Shown piece by piece: positions 1 to 8,638 of a stretch of DNA of 62,563 bases; position 1 is the first letter of the stretch, and every line of letters begins with the position of its first letter. The notes below the pieces were generated by a model. That model searched no databases. It saw only the letters and a list, made by a program, of their open reading frames with translations, and was not told the origin of the DNA. A program made the position numbers and the translations under genes. Source of the stretch: a virus (Duplodnaviria; Caudoviricetes); IMG/VR virus record IMGVR_UViG_3300021445_000002; one strand, given 5' to 3'.

Positions 1-127
1 GCCGGCCGTACCCAGCACGGCCTGAGGCGTCACCAGCCGGCCGTACCCAGCACGGCCTGAGGCGTCACCAGCCGGCCGTACCCAGCACGGCCTGAGGCGT
101 CACCAGCCGGCCGTACCCAGCACGGCC
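1..127. repeat. 35-bp perfect tandem repeat, about 3.6 copies, running off the window start
   Basis: GCCGGCCGTACCCAGCACGGCCTGAGGCGTCACCA at 1, 36 and 71, partial at 106. Confidence 0.95.
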
Positions 128-283
128 CGACCGCCAGGTTGAATCGGACATCTGTCACAGGGATCACTACTGCCACGCCAGTCACACACGACCCACGTCG
201 ATGTCTGCCGCCCACCGGGCCAGCTCGCCCGCGGGCCGCCGGGGGCTTGGCCGGCGAAAACGGCCGAGCCGAACAGGTCGGTC

Positions 284-395
284 AGATGCAATGCGCGGTT
301 AGATGCAATGCGCGCGTCGCGCGTAAATGCAAAAGGTCGACCAGATGCAACGCGCGTGCCGCGCAGATGCGACGCGGGTACCCGAACGCGATGCA
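284..395. repeat. cluster of (A)GATGCA-like motifs in the putative packaging-site region
   Basis: AGATGCA/AAATGCA/AGATGCG/CGATGCA at about 284, 301, 325, 343, 365, 389. Confidence 0.55.
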
Positions 396-408
396 CGTGT
401 ACGCGTAC

Positions 409-663
409 CTAGTCGTCCTCGTCGGCGGCCTGGTTCATCTCATGTTCGAAGTAGATCTGGGCGGTGCGCAGCATGCCGATGGTCTGCCAGCGGGGCTGCC
501 GGTCGTCGGACAGTCGGGTCAGCCAGTAGTCGCCGTCGCTGTCCATCCAGGACGCGACCAGGACCCAGCCCGAGCAGTAGGCGCCCTTGTTGTCGACCGT
601 GGCGGCGGTGGAGGCGATGGCCTCGGCGATCACGTCGGCCGGGGTGCGCTCAGCGTGGCTCAC
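409..663 (-). CDS. hypothetical phage protein
   Basis: GTG start overlaps the HNH stop (GTGA); MSHAERTPADVI...GWVLVASWMDSDG. Confidence 0.7.
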   Translation of the reverse strand: MSHAERTPADVIAEAIASTAATVDNKGAYCSGWVLVASWMDSDGDYWLTRLSDDRQPRWQTIGMLRTAQIYFEHEMNQAADEDD

Positions 664-1004
664 CGGGCGTTCCATCCTCCGGGCTGGTGGCGGTTGGTCT
701 CCACCCGGTGGCAGGGCAGGCACAGTGGACGTAGCCGGTGCTCGGCATCGGGATCGGGTACACCGGCCGCGACCAGGTCGCGGCGGCTGGTCGGGTAGTG
801 GTCGGCGACCACGGCCATCGCGCCGCAGAGACAGCAGATCGGGTGCCGGCTGAGGTAGCGACGGCGGACCCGCTCCCAGACGGCGTCGTAGCCGCGGGCC
901 TGCCGGCTGCCGCGACGTTCCTCGACGGCCTTGGCGTGGCGGTCGCACGCGCCGCCGAGGCCGGGGCAGCCGGGTACCCGGCAGGGTTTGCCGTAGCTTG
1001 GCAC
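660..1004 (-). CDS. HNH endonuclease, terminase-associated type
   Basis: RGYDAVW..R..YL..HPICCLC...DH...LRPLCLPCH; lies upstream of terS if the ends are joined. Confidence 0.9.
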   Translation of the reverse strand: MPSYGKPCRVPGCPGLGGACDRHAKAVEERRGSRQARGYDAVWERVRRRYLSRHPICCLCGAMAVVADHYPTSRRDLVAAGVPDPDAEHRLRPLCLPCHRVETNRHQPGGWNAR

Positions 1005-1044
1005 CGGCTAGATTTTCGGGTTCGCCTGGCGCGGGCGCATTTTC

Positions 1045-1117
1045 AAAGGCCCCCACCCCTGCCCGCGTGCGCAAAGGCCCCCACCCCTGCGGGCAGATGC
1101 GAAGGCCCCCACCCCCG
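1045..1117. repeat. three direct repeats AAGGCCCCCACCCC with a 28-bp period
   Basis: copies at about 1046, 1074, 1102, upstream of the HNH gene. Confidence 0.85.
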
Positions 1118-1261
1118 TCAGGCGGCGTCCTTGTCCTTGTCGCCGTGACCCAGGGCGGCCTTGAGTCCGCGCGTCGCCGCGTACAGACCGAGCCCGGCGG
1201 CGGCAACCCGGAGTAGATGCAGGGCCACGTCCGCTTTGATGAACTTGCCGAGTGCGCTCAC
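1118..1261 (-). CDS. small hydrophobic protein (47 aa)
   Basis: GGAG RBS plus GTG; MSALGKFIKADVALHLLRVAAAGLGLYAA...; below the ORF-track cutoff. Confidence 0.55.
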   Translation of the reverse strand: MSALGKFIKADVALHLLRVAAAGLGLYAATRGLKAALGHGDKDKDAA

Positions 1262-1270
1262 ATCGGTCTC

Positions 1271-1492
1271 CTACGCGTTGTCGTTGGGGTCGGCCTTGCG
1301 CGCCGAGAGTGCGGCGACCGCACCGACCACATGCGAGAGCACGATGGCGTACAGGCTGATGAAGACCACGAACGGCACGCTGTTGCGCCAGGTGGTCAGG
1401 CCGGGCCAGCACAGCCCGGTCCAGATCAGTGCGCCGATGCCGTGTACCCAGACCCAGACCCGCCCGCTGGTGAGGGTGTGGCGGGCGGGCAC
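1271..1492 (-). CDS. small membrane protein with two predicted TM segments
   Basis: two hydrophobic stretches. Confidence 0.7.
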   Translation of the reverse strand: MPARHTLTSGRVWVWVHGIGALIWTGLCWPGLTTWRNSVPFVVFISLYAIVLSHVVGAVAALSARKADPNDNA

Positions 1493-1498
1493 CGCCGG

Positions 1499-1750
1499 CT
1501 ACTGGGTGTCGGTGTCGGCGGACAGCGTCGCGGTGCCGCTGCGCTGTTCGGGTGCGACCGGCTGGTTGGCCTCGTCGGCGGTGGTGTCGGCCTCGGTGAG
1601 CAGGTTCACCTGGCCGTGGTACTGGGTGTAGATGGTGGCCGAACCGGCGCCCGCGACGGGGTCGGCGAGCGTGGCGTGCAGCTCGTCGAGGAACGTGCGC
1701 TCGGCGTCCTGGTCCGGGCAGTGCCCGGAGGCCGACAGCGACCAGCTCAC
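1499..1750 (-). CDS. hypothetical protein
   Basis: GTG start, MSWSLSASGH...; coding-like composition. Confidence 0.6.
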   Translation of the reverse strand: MSWSLSASGHCPDQDAERTFLDELHATLADPVAGAGSATIYTQYHGQVNLLTEADTTADEANQPVAPEQRSGTATLSADTDTQ

Positions 1751-1864
1751 AGCAGGCCGCCCAGCAGGTTGCCGAGGCTGACGGCGAGGTGGACGGCGAC
1801 CTGGACGGCGGCGTCGAGCGAGAGCATGAATCCTCCGGTGGATAGGTGTTGTGCGTGTCACGAA

Positions 1865-1918
1865 TGGACGATGCCGCGCCTAGCTGTAGGGGGCCACCCC
1901 GAGGCGCGGCATCGTCCA
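1865..1918. terminator. 17-bp perfect hairpin downstream of the tRNA
   Basis: TGGACGATGCCGCGCCT / AGGCGCGGCATCGTCCA. Confidence 0.6.
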
Positions 1919-1939
1919 CCCGCAGGTCGACTTGCAGCG

Positions 1940-2015
1940 TTGCGCGGGCCGGATTTGAACCAGCGATCTTCGGCTTATGAGGCCGACGAGGACGACCGAA
2001 CTCCTCTACCACGCA
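1940..2015 (-). tRNA. tRNA with CAT anticodon (Met/fMet-like), CCA not encoded
   Basis: acceptor stem TGCGTGG/CCGCGCA, anticodon arm TCGGC-CTCATAA-GCCGA, T-loop GGTTCAAATCC. Confidence 0.9.
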
Positions 2016-2161
2016 GCGGCGGGGGATGTGATCGTGGGCCGCTCGAAGATGCCCCAGCGAGCGGCCCACGTCCCGGCAGCGACCGGCAGAGCCTCGGGGG
2101 CGGTCTGGGGGCCGCGCGACATTCTTCTGAGCTGGTCCGACACGTCGGCTCAGCCTCACGT

Positions 2162-3169
2162 TCAGGGTGTTTCAGGTGCGTCCACTGTGTCAAGTCGACG
2201 CCGTTCGCGTGTCCGGTTCGGGCGGTACGGTGGCCCCCAGACCTTCTCGGCGTGCGCGGTGGCCTCGGCGATGACGTACTGGGTGCGGCCCTTGTCGTCA
2301 CGGACCACGGTGACCCGGTCCGGGTCGGCCGGCGTGGGGGCGGCGACGGTGACCGGGTTGATGTGGCCGCGGTGCGCCCAGGTGCGGATGGTGGCAGGGT
2401 CGACCGGACGCATCCAGCACAGCGCCAGGTGGGCGGCGACGGCGTAGGCGTCGCAGATGCCGCGCACGGTGCCAACGATCTGGCGCTGCCACCACTCGAT
2501 GGTCTCGTCGGTGCCGCAGCCGGGGCATTGCAGCAGCGGCCGGTCGGGCAACTGGTACAGCCGGGCGCCGCAGACCGACTCGTTGCCGTCGAGGTCGACC
2601 AGCATGAGCGGGCAGTCGCCGATGTAGAGACGGTCCGAGCCGGACGGGTAGGCAAGTCCGTACGGTCTGCCGTGGGTGACCGCCTTGAGGTCGTCGGCGA
2701 ACGTGCCGGCGTCGGGATGGGCGGCGAGCCACTCGGCGTGGCCGGCGACGAACTCGCCCAGCGCGTCGGGGCGACTGTCCAGGTAGGGCCGGTCGTCGAC
2801 AAACCGCACGGGCGGCGTCACGCCGCGCTCGGTGCAGATCAGCTTCGCGAGGTTTATGAGGGTGACGCGGATGGCGAGCCGGGCGTCCATCACGTCGTCG
2901 TCGGGTACCGGCGCGCCGGTCGGCGAGCCGGACATCCGCTCGCCGTCGCGGCCGCGGCGCACCAGCACCAGGCCGAGGTCGGCGTACAGGTCGGGTGCCC
3001 CGCGGGCGTCGTCGGCGAGCCAGGCGGCGTGCACGGGGCACAGCCGCAGCCCGTCGGCGGCCTTGCGGCGCAGGCAGCCGGGGCACTGCTCGTCCACACA
3101 GCCGGACTGGTGGCGGCCCCGCGCGGCGCAAGTGGCCTCGCAGAGTACGGCGGCGGGCAGTCGGGTCAT
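2162..3169 (-). CDS. Zn-ribbon plus C-terminal HTH protein, putative late-gene regulator
   Basis: several CxxC motifs; VDPATIRTWAHRG HTH; position at the end of the early operon. Confidence 0.7.
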   Translation of the reverse strand: MTRLPAAVLCEATCAARGRHQSGCVDEQCPGCLRRKAADGLRLCPVHAAWLADDARGAPDLYADLGLVLVRRGRDGERMSGSPTGAPVPDDDVMDARLAIRVTLINLAKLICTERGVTPPVRFVDDRPYLDSRPDALGEFVAGHAEWLAAHPDAGTFADDLKAVTHGRPYGLAYPSGSDRLYIGDCPLMLVDLDGNESVCGARLYQLPDRPLLQCPGCGTDETIEWWQRQIVGTVRGICDAYAVAAHLALCWMRPVDPATIRTWAHRGHINPVTVAAPTPADPDRVTVVRDDKGRTQYVIAEATAHAEKVWGPPYRPNRTRERRRLDTVDAPETP

Positions 3170-3414
3170 GCGGACTCCTGCCGGCCGACCGGCGGGCGCC
3201 GTGGCCAGCGGGTGTCGACCGGCGGCGGCGCGTTGAGGATGGCGCGGATCTGGGAGCGGCGGAAGCGGCGGTGCCCGCCGATGGTGCGGATCGCGTCCAG
3301 GCGACCCTCCTTGGCCCAGCGGCCCACGGTCTTCGGGTCGACCCGGAACACGTCGGCGACCTCGCCGGGGGTCATCAGGTCTTCGGCGTTGGGGAACTCG
3401 TCGGGCGCGTTCAT
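3166..3414 (-). CDS. bldC: BldC-family (MerR-like) transcriptional regulator
   Basis: LMTPGEVADVFRVDPKTVGRWAKEGRLDAIRTIGGHRRF matches the BldC signature LLTPAEVA.MFRVDPKTVTRWAKAGKL..IRTLGGHRRY. Confidence 0.85.
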   Translation of the reverse strand: MNAPDEFPNAEDLMTPGEVADVFRVDPKTVGRWAKEGRLDAIRTIGGHRRFRRSQIRAILNAPPPVDTRWPRRPPVGRQESA

Positions 3415-3767
3415 GCGGCTGCCGCCAGTCGCTCGATGCGGCTGTCCACGGTGGAGGCGACCTTGGCGATGCGGACCGCGCCGGCCAGCGCGTCCACGCT
3501 GGGCTTAAGCGCGACCAGGGTGGCCAGGCCGCGCAGCACGTCGACCACGGCGCCGTAGTCGGTGTCGTCGAGCGGCAGCAGCACCGGGCGTACGCCGAGC
3601 TGGTGAGCCCACCGGGTCAGCTCGGCGTACGAGACGTGTCGCTCGTCGCGCTCCCAGGACCCGAGGGTCGCCTTGGAGATCTTGAGCAGGGTGGCCAGGT
3701 CCTCGATGGACATGCCCCGGTCAAGGCGCAAGTTGCGCAGGTGGACGAGAAGCGGGTCTCTGGTCAT
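3411..3767 (-). CDS. XRE-family HTH protein
   Basis: LRLDRGMSIEDLATLLKISKATLGSWE. Confidence 0.85.
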   Translation of the reverse strand: MTRDPLLVHLRNLRLDRGMSIEDLATLLKISKATLGSWERDERHVSYAELTRWAHQLGVRPVLLPLDDTDYGAVVDVLRGLATLVALKPSVDALAGAVRIAKVASTVDSRIERLAAAA

Positions 3768-4036
3768 CGGCGCTCCACCGCGGCGGCATCACGGAGCCGG
3801 GCGACCGCGTCGTCGTCGCGGGGGTAGCCCCACACGTGGTAACCGATGCGGTCGACGCGTACGAGGCCGACGGTGGCGGGGTCAGCGCAAGTGCCTTCGC
3901 CCGCGCCTCTACGGATGCGGTGCTCGTCGAAGGCGGTGGGCGAGGAGAACGAGTGGTGACAGCCGCTACCGCAGTGGCAGGTGCTGTCACCGGCCCATCG
4001 GGTGCCGCATCGGCCGCAGGCGTGGGGGAGGGTCAC
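3764..4036 (-). CDS. phage FDxHR zinc-binding protein
   Basis: CGRC...CHC..CH..F.S..AFDEHR. Confidence 0.8.
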   Translation of the reverse strand: MTLPHACGRCGTRWAGDSTCHCGSGCHHSFSSPTAFDEHRIRRGAGEGTCADPATVGLVRVDRIGYHVWGYPRDDDAVARLRDAAAVERR

Positions 4037-4096
4037 GGACGAGTCCTTTCAGGAATCGGTCGGGTCGACACTGGATTGCAATAGCCCATCCGACCG

Positions 4097-4573
4097 TCAG
4101 GCAGAGAAATCTGAGACGTTTCCAGGGCGCTGTGGTGGTAGGGGTTGGGTCCCGACCTGATCGGGGCTCCACGCAGCGGCCGGGGCCAGTCGGGTGCGGC
4201 GCAACTTCGGCCCGGTCATCCGCAGGTACGCCACGCCGCTGCGGCCGGGCCGGTACGCCACGATGGGCAGCGCACCGACCCGGACCGCGACCTCGTACAG
4301 CGCGTTCCACTCGCCCGGCGGCACGCCGCCGGGGCCGGGCAGCTTGCACTGCACCAGCAGCACCTCGCCGGCCTTGAGCGCGACCAGGTCCGCCTTGCCG
4401 TGGCTACCGGCCGCCCGGTACACCACGTACCCGTCGCCGGTCAGTGCGGCGGCCACGGTGCGCTCGAAGTACGCGCCGCGGGCGTAGTTGGTGCGGTTGC
4501 GCCCCCACCGGCCCGAGCCGGACCCGCCGGGGTCCGGCTCGGGCGTGGCGAGGGCTACAGGTGCAGCAGCCAC
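4097..4573 (-). CDS. Hjc-type Holliday junction resolvase (PD-(D/E)XK)
   Basis: RGAYFER..A..L...GY.VYRAAGSHGKADLVA...LLVQCK; GTG start after GGAGG. Confidence 0.85.
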   Translation of the reverse strand: MAAAPVALATPEPDPGGSGSGRWGRNRTNYARGAYFERTVAAALTGDGYVVYRAAGSHGKADLVALKAGEVLLVQCKLPGPGGVPPGEWNALYEVAVRVGALPIVAYRPGRSGVAYLRMTGPKLRRTRLAPAAAWSPDQVGTQPLPPQRPGNVSDFSA

Positions 4574-4728
4574 AGCAGCCCCTCCGCGAGGCCGATGCCG
4601 ATGGTCACCGCGCCGACGAACACGCAGGCGAACAGGAACACGACCGAGAGCCCGGCCCGCCAGCCCTCGGCGCGGAAGCGGAAGCAGTACTCGCGGCGGC
4701 GACCGTCCGGGTCGCGGTGCTCGCTCAC
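4555..4728 (-). CDS. small membrane protein
   Basis: MSEHRDP...LSVVFLFACVFVGAVTIGIGL; overlapping start/stop codons. Confidence 0.55.
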   Translation of the reverse strand: MSEHRDPDGRRREYCFRFRAEGWRAGLSVVFLFACVFVGAVTIGIGLAEGLLWLLHL

Positions 4729-5105
4729 GCCGCGCCCCGAACCTCAACGCCGGTCAGCGGCGCCCGCCACGGGTCCGCGGTCAGGTCGGCGAGGTTGACC
4801 GCGGCGCGCACCTGCGCCTCGGTCGGCTCGCTCACCGAGCGGAAGGTGACGCTGCCGCGCGGGCTGAACGCGGTCCACTGCACGACGTGGGTGTAGCGGT
4901 CGCGGATGACGCCCGTGTCGCCGTTGTTCCACAGCCAGGTCTGCTTGCGGCGCCGACCGTCGGCCTTGTCCTCGTACTCGGCCGGGCCGAGATGCGCGCT
5001 GGTCTCGCGCAGCCAGCGCGGCATCCGTCCGGTCGGGACGGTCGGGGTGGCGGTCGGCTCGACCGGGGCGGTCGACGCGTCGAAGGTGAACGGGTCGGCG
5101 ATCAT
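4725..5105 (-). CDS. hypothetical protein
   Basis: coupled ORF in the early operon. Confidence 0.65.
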   Translation of the reverse strand: MIADPFTFDASTAPVEPTATPTVPTGRMPRWLRETSAHLGPAEYEDKADGRRRKQTWLWNNGDTGVIRDRYTHVVQWTAFSPRGSVTFRSVSEPTEAQVRAAVNLADLTADPWRAPLTGVEVRGAA

Positions 5106-5569
5106 GCAGTGCCTCCTGGGGCGATCGTAGCGAATTCATCCATACGGGCTACATCGGACACGTCCGACACGGCCACGGGTTCGGTGTCGGGTTCGACCTC
5201 GGGCCAACCGAGGAAGGCCCGGATGTGGACCACCGCGTCGGCGATCTCCGTCACGCCGGTACGGGTCAGCGTCTGCTCGGGCGTGTACGCGCTGACCACG
5301 CCGGTGCAGACCGCGCTGGGCGGCTCGTACCCGGCGCTGGCGACCTGGTCCGGGCAGGCCACCGACCAGGCGCCGGTCGCCAGGTCGAGGGTCAGCGCCC
5401 AGTCGCGGGCGTTGGCCTGCCGCCACAGTGGAACCGCAGCGGCAAACCGCACGTCGATCGGTGGCAACGGTGGCGCGGGCGGGTCGGGCAGCACCTCGAC
5501 GGTGTAGAACGCGTGGTCGACACCGTCCTCGGCGCGGCGGGGTATCTCGGGTACGGGTTGGTCGGTCAT
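5102..5569 (-). CDS. hypothetical protein
   Basis: coupled ORF with RBS. Confidence 0.65.
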   Translation of the reverse strand: MTDQPVPEIPRRAEDGVDHAFYTVEVLPDPPAPPLPPIDVRFAAAVPLWRQANARDWALTLDLATGAWSVACPDQVASAGYEPPSAVCTGVVSAYTPEQTLTRTGVTEIADAVVHIRAFLGWPEVEPDTEPVAVSDVSDVARMDEFATIAPGGTA

Positions 5570-5859
5570 CGGAACTCCTCTCCTCGGGCGTGCGCCGAAC
5601 CGCAGACGTGCGGCGCGACGAGATGGCGGCGAGGGGTGGTCAGGTCGTGGTCAGGGGTCCAGGGCTGCGCCCACAGGCCGGTGTGGCGGTGGTCGACGAC
5701 GAGCACGGGTACGCCGTAGCGGCGCAGAACCGTGGCGGCGCGGGGCGGCACGGTGTACCGGTCGACCCGCCAGAACAAGCCGTCGGCCCAGCCGGTCAGA
5801 GTCGGGCCGCCGCAGCGGGGGCACTCGGACAGGGTCAGCCGGGTGTCGGGGGCGGTCAT
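5566..5859 (-). CDS. hypothetical Zn-finger protein
   Basis: CPRC...HVC. Confidence 0.65.
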   Translation of the reverse strand: MTAPDTRLTLSECPRCGGPTLTGWADGLFWRVDRYTVPPRAATVLRRYGVPVLVVDHRHTGLWAQPWTPDHDLTTPRRHLVAPHVCGSAHARGEEFR

Positions 5860-5914
5860 GATGTCGTGTCCCTAACCTCTCGGCGCGATATAGACGAGTA
5901 TTGGTTTGTGTCTG

Positions 5915-6017
5915 TGTGTGTCGTCCCGTCCCAATCCCCCCCCGTAGGGGGATTGGGACGGGACGACACACAGACCTGTCCCAGTGGTCCCGGGGACGGT
6001 TGGGACAGGTTGGGACG
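5915..6017. other. candidate replication origin: 26-bp perfect inverted repeat plus GGGAC repeats
   Basis: 5915-5940 pairs with 5947-5972; TTGGGAC repeats; immediately 3' of the primase-helicase gene. Confidence 0.6.
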
Positions 6018-6019
6018 AC

Positions 6020-8638
6020 TCATGTCGTGGGTGTGTCGTTGGGTACCGCAATTGCGAAGATTCGGGCGCGGTGTGGCCCCTGCGTCTCGACCAACCTGCC
6101 GGACTCCCGCAGCGCCTCCAGGCCGTCGCGGAACTCGTCCTTGTTGCCGCCGATGACCGCCCAGAGGTCGCTGTACTTGATGCTCGGCGGTCGGCTGGCC
6201 ACCACTCGTTCGATGCGGTCCAGCAGCGCCCGCCGTCGGTTGGATGCCGCCCCGGCCTTCTGCGTCGCGGACCGCGGCCCGTCGCCGATGCGGGGGATGC
6301 TCAGCAGCTTGGTGTCGTCGTCGTATTCGACCCGGCTGCGGGGCAACTGCACGTCACGGCCGAAGGCGCGCAGGTACCGCGCCGGCTGGGCCAGCGCGAT
6401 GTTGGCGAGCAGGCCACTGTCGTCCTCGTCGTCTTCGACGGGCGTCTCGTCGTCGGCGGTGTAGAACCAGATCGCATCGGGAGTGTCCATCAACTTGGAC
6501 GAACCCCGGGTGCGCTCATTGCTGTGCCCGAAGTGGTGGGTTAGGAACTGGTCGCTGACCTCGGCTGCGGCGACCACGTCGTTGAGTCCGCCGAACCAGC
6601 GGCCCACGTCGTTGGCCGAGTTCTCGTCCACGTCGGCCGCCGCGAACAGCGGTCCAAGCGGATCGAGCAGCAGCGCAGTGACCCCGTGATCTTTCAGGTA
6701 CGCCACCAACTCCCGCCGCGCGACCGGGTTGAGCAGGTTGAAGTCGGACAGCCGCGCCTCGCGCAGGTGCAGTGCCAGGATCTTGTCGCGGTTGTCGATC
6801 GGCGCCTTCCGTAGCCAGTCGCGGTACTGCCGGCCGGTCATTTCCGCGTTGACCACGAGCAGGTTGCCGGTGATGGCCGTGGTCTCGAACTGTCCGCAGA
6901 ACGGCTTGCCGTCCACCAGCGAGCGTTCCAGGTTGATGTTCACGGTCGTCTTGCCGACCTTCATCTTCGCGGCGAGCATCACGCGCTGGCCCTGCATCCA
7001 CAGCCCGTCGACACGCCACCGGACCTCCTGCTCGTCGTCGGGGAGTTCGCTGGCCCGGTCGGTGGCGGCGTCGAGCCGGGCACGCAAGCCGCGGGCATCG
7101 GCGTGGCCCTGCATCTCCTCGAAGATGGTCTTTGCCCGGTCGCGGATGTAGAGCTGACTGACCTCGAAGCGCAGCCGCCGGTTGCGGGCCAACTCGTCGC
7201 GGTACGCCTCGATGCCCGGCAACTCTGTGCTCGCCGCCGGACCGTCATCGGTGGCGGTCGAGTCCGTCCCCGCCGAGTTCGTGGCGGTCGAGTCCGCAGC
7301 CGCCGAATCCGTGGCGGTCGAGTCCGGCGCGGACCCGCCCAGGTCGTCGGCGTACGTGCCGGCAGGCTCTGCTTGCGAGTGTGTTTCCGCGATCGGCACC
7401 GTTGTTTCCGGTTGCGGAACCACCGGTGACGGTTCGTCCCCGGCTGCCAGCGCGTCGAGCATGGCCAGCAGCTCGTCGCGAATCTCGCCGTCCTCGCCGT
7501 AGATCGCGCTGATTTCCAGATCGGACATGGCGGCACGCACATCGCCGTCGTGGTGGCGCGCTGCGTGGTACTGCAACTTGCTCAGCGACTTCTTACCGGA
7601 GCGCGCCACCCAGTCGGCAAGGAACTGTGGCGGGCTGTCTGTCCACAGCCGCATGAAGCCGCCACGGTCTTCGCTGATCTCGAAGTTGGTGCAGCCCGGC
7701 TCGTGTGTGGTGGCGCTCTTCCAGTGCGCCGCGTCGCCTGGTCGGGTCCAGATCGGGCAACTACAGCGGTCCACCTTGCCGGTGTTCGTCCAGCCATCCG
7801 CCTCCAGCAGGTCCGCCCACGGCGTGGCTGCGCTCCAAATGTCGATCGGGTCGCCGTCATAACGGACCTTGGCGGCTTGCTGCGCCCGCCGTAGCGCCCA
7901 CGACTCGGCGGCCATCCAGATCCGGTCCAGCAGCCATTTCGGGGCTTTGCCGACCTGCCCGCGCAGGATGTAGGGACCTTCGGGCCGCAGCGACGGCGGC
8001 ACCAGGCCCTGGTGGTCGCGCCAGTACACCTGAAAGCCGGTGTCGTCGCGCAAGGTTCCGTGGCCGGGCAAACCGTCCAGGTTGCAGTCGTCGGGCAGCT
8101 CGTACCAGAAGTGCCCGCCGTCCTTGTGTCGCCACTGCTCCACGCCGTTCTCGTCGGTCTGCATCACGCCCGGCGTGGACACGGTCGGCATCATGACGGC
8201 GAGATTCATATCGGGCTGCTCGGCCTGCCAGGTGGCGATGTACGCCTTGACCTGCTCGTCGGTGTCCGCGTCGACCAGGACCATGCGCGAGCGGCCGACC
8301 TCGACACCGATGTTGATCGGGCCGCCGCGCTCCTTGGTGAGCCGCTTGAACACCCGGTCGGCCACCGCCGGGTCGGTGATGGCGTGCGCGATGCCGCAGG
8401 CGTGCCGGGCGTCCTCCCAGTTGCCGCGCCCGGCCTCGCGTGCCGCCTCCTGCGCGGCCTTGTCGGCGGCCTTGGCCTGTCGCGCGGTCAGCGTGCACAG
8501 TGGCGTCTTGCCGTTGGGCGCGATCGGCACCACGGCGTACCCGTTGCGCGCCGCGGTGCGCGCGATGGTCGGCATGATCGACCGGTCGCCCGGCGGCATC
8601 AGCGCGAACGTGGCGGCGAACTTGTCGGTGGCGATCAC
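6020..8638 (-). CDS. bifunctional primase/polymerase fused to a RecA-like (AAA_25) helicase
   Basis: N-terminal VVPIAPNGKTP, NIGV, LVDAD, GGHFWY; C-terminal Walker A AKMKVGKT, LLLDP, HH.GH..RGSS. Confidence 0.9.
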   Translation of the reverse strand: MIATDKFAATFALMPPGDRSIMPTIARTAARNGYAVVPIAPNGKTPLCTLTARQAKAADKAAQEAAREAGRGNWEDARHACGIAHAITDPAVADRVFKRLTKERGGPINIGVEVGRSRMVLVDADTDEQVKAYIATWQAEQPDMNLAVMMPTVSTPGVMQTDENGVEQWRHKDGGHFWYELPDDCNLDGLPGHGTLRDDTGFQVYWRDHQGLVPPSLRPEGPYILRGQVGKAPKWLLDRIWMAAESWALRRAQQAAKVRYDGDPIDIWSAATPWADLLEADGWTNTGKVDRCSCPIWTRPGDAAHWKSATTHEPGCTNFEISEDRGGFMRLWTDSPPQFLADWVARSGKKSLSKLQYHAARHHDGDVRAAMSDLEISAIYGEDGEIRDELLAMLDALAAGDEPSPVVPQPETTVPIAETHSQAEPAGTYADDLGGSAPDSTATDSAAADSTATNSAGTDSTATDDGPAASTELPGIEAYRDELARNRRLRFEVSQLYIRDRAKTIFEEMQGHADARGLRARLDAATDRASELPDDEQEVRWRVDGLWMQGQRVMLAAKMKVGKTTVNINLERSLVDGKPFCGQFETTAITGNLLVVNAEMTGRQYRDWLRKAPIDNRDKILALHLREARLSDFNLLNPVARRELVAYLKDHGVTALLLDPLGPLFAAADVDENSANDVGRWFGGLNDVVAAAEVSDQFLTHHFGHSNERTRGSSKLMDTPDAIWFYTADDETPVEDDEDDSGLLANIALAQPARYLRAFGRDVQLPRSRVEYDDDTKLLSIPRIGDGPRSATQKAGAASNRRRALLDRIERVVASRPPSIKYSDLWAVIGGNKDEFRDGLEALRESGRLVETQGPHRARIFAIAVPNDTPTT

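Noticed and set aside
1-127. 35-bp repeat as CRISPR
   Set aside because: Units are contiguous with no unique spacers.
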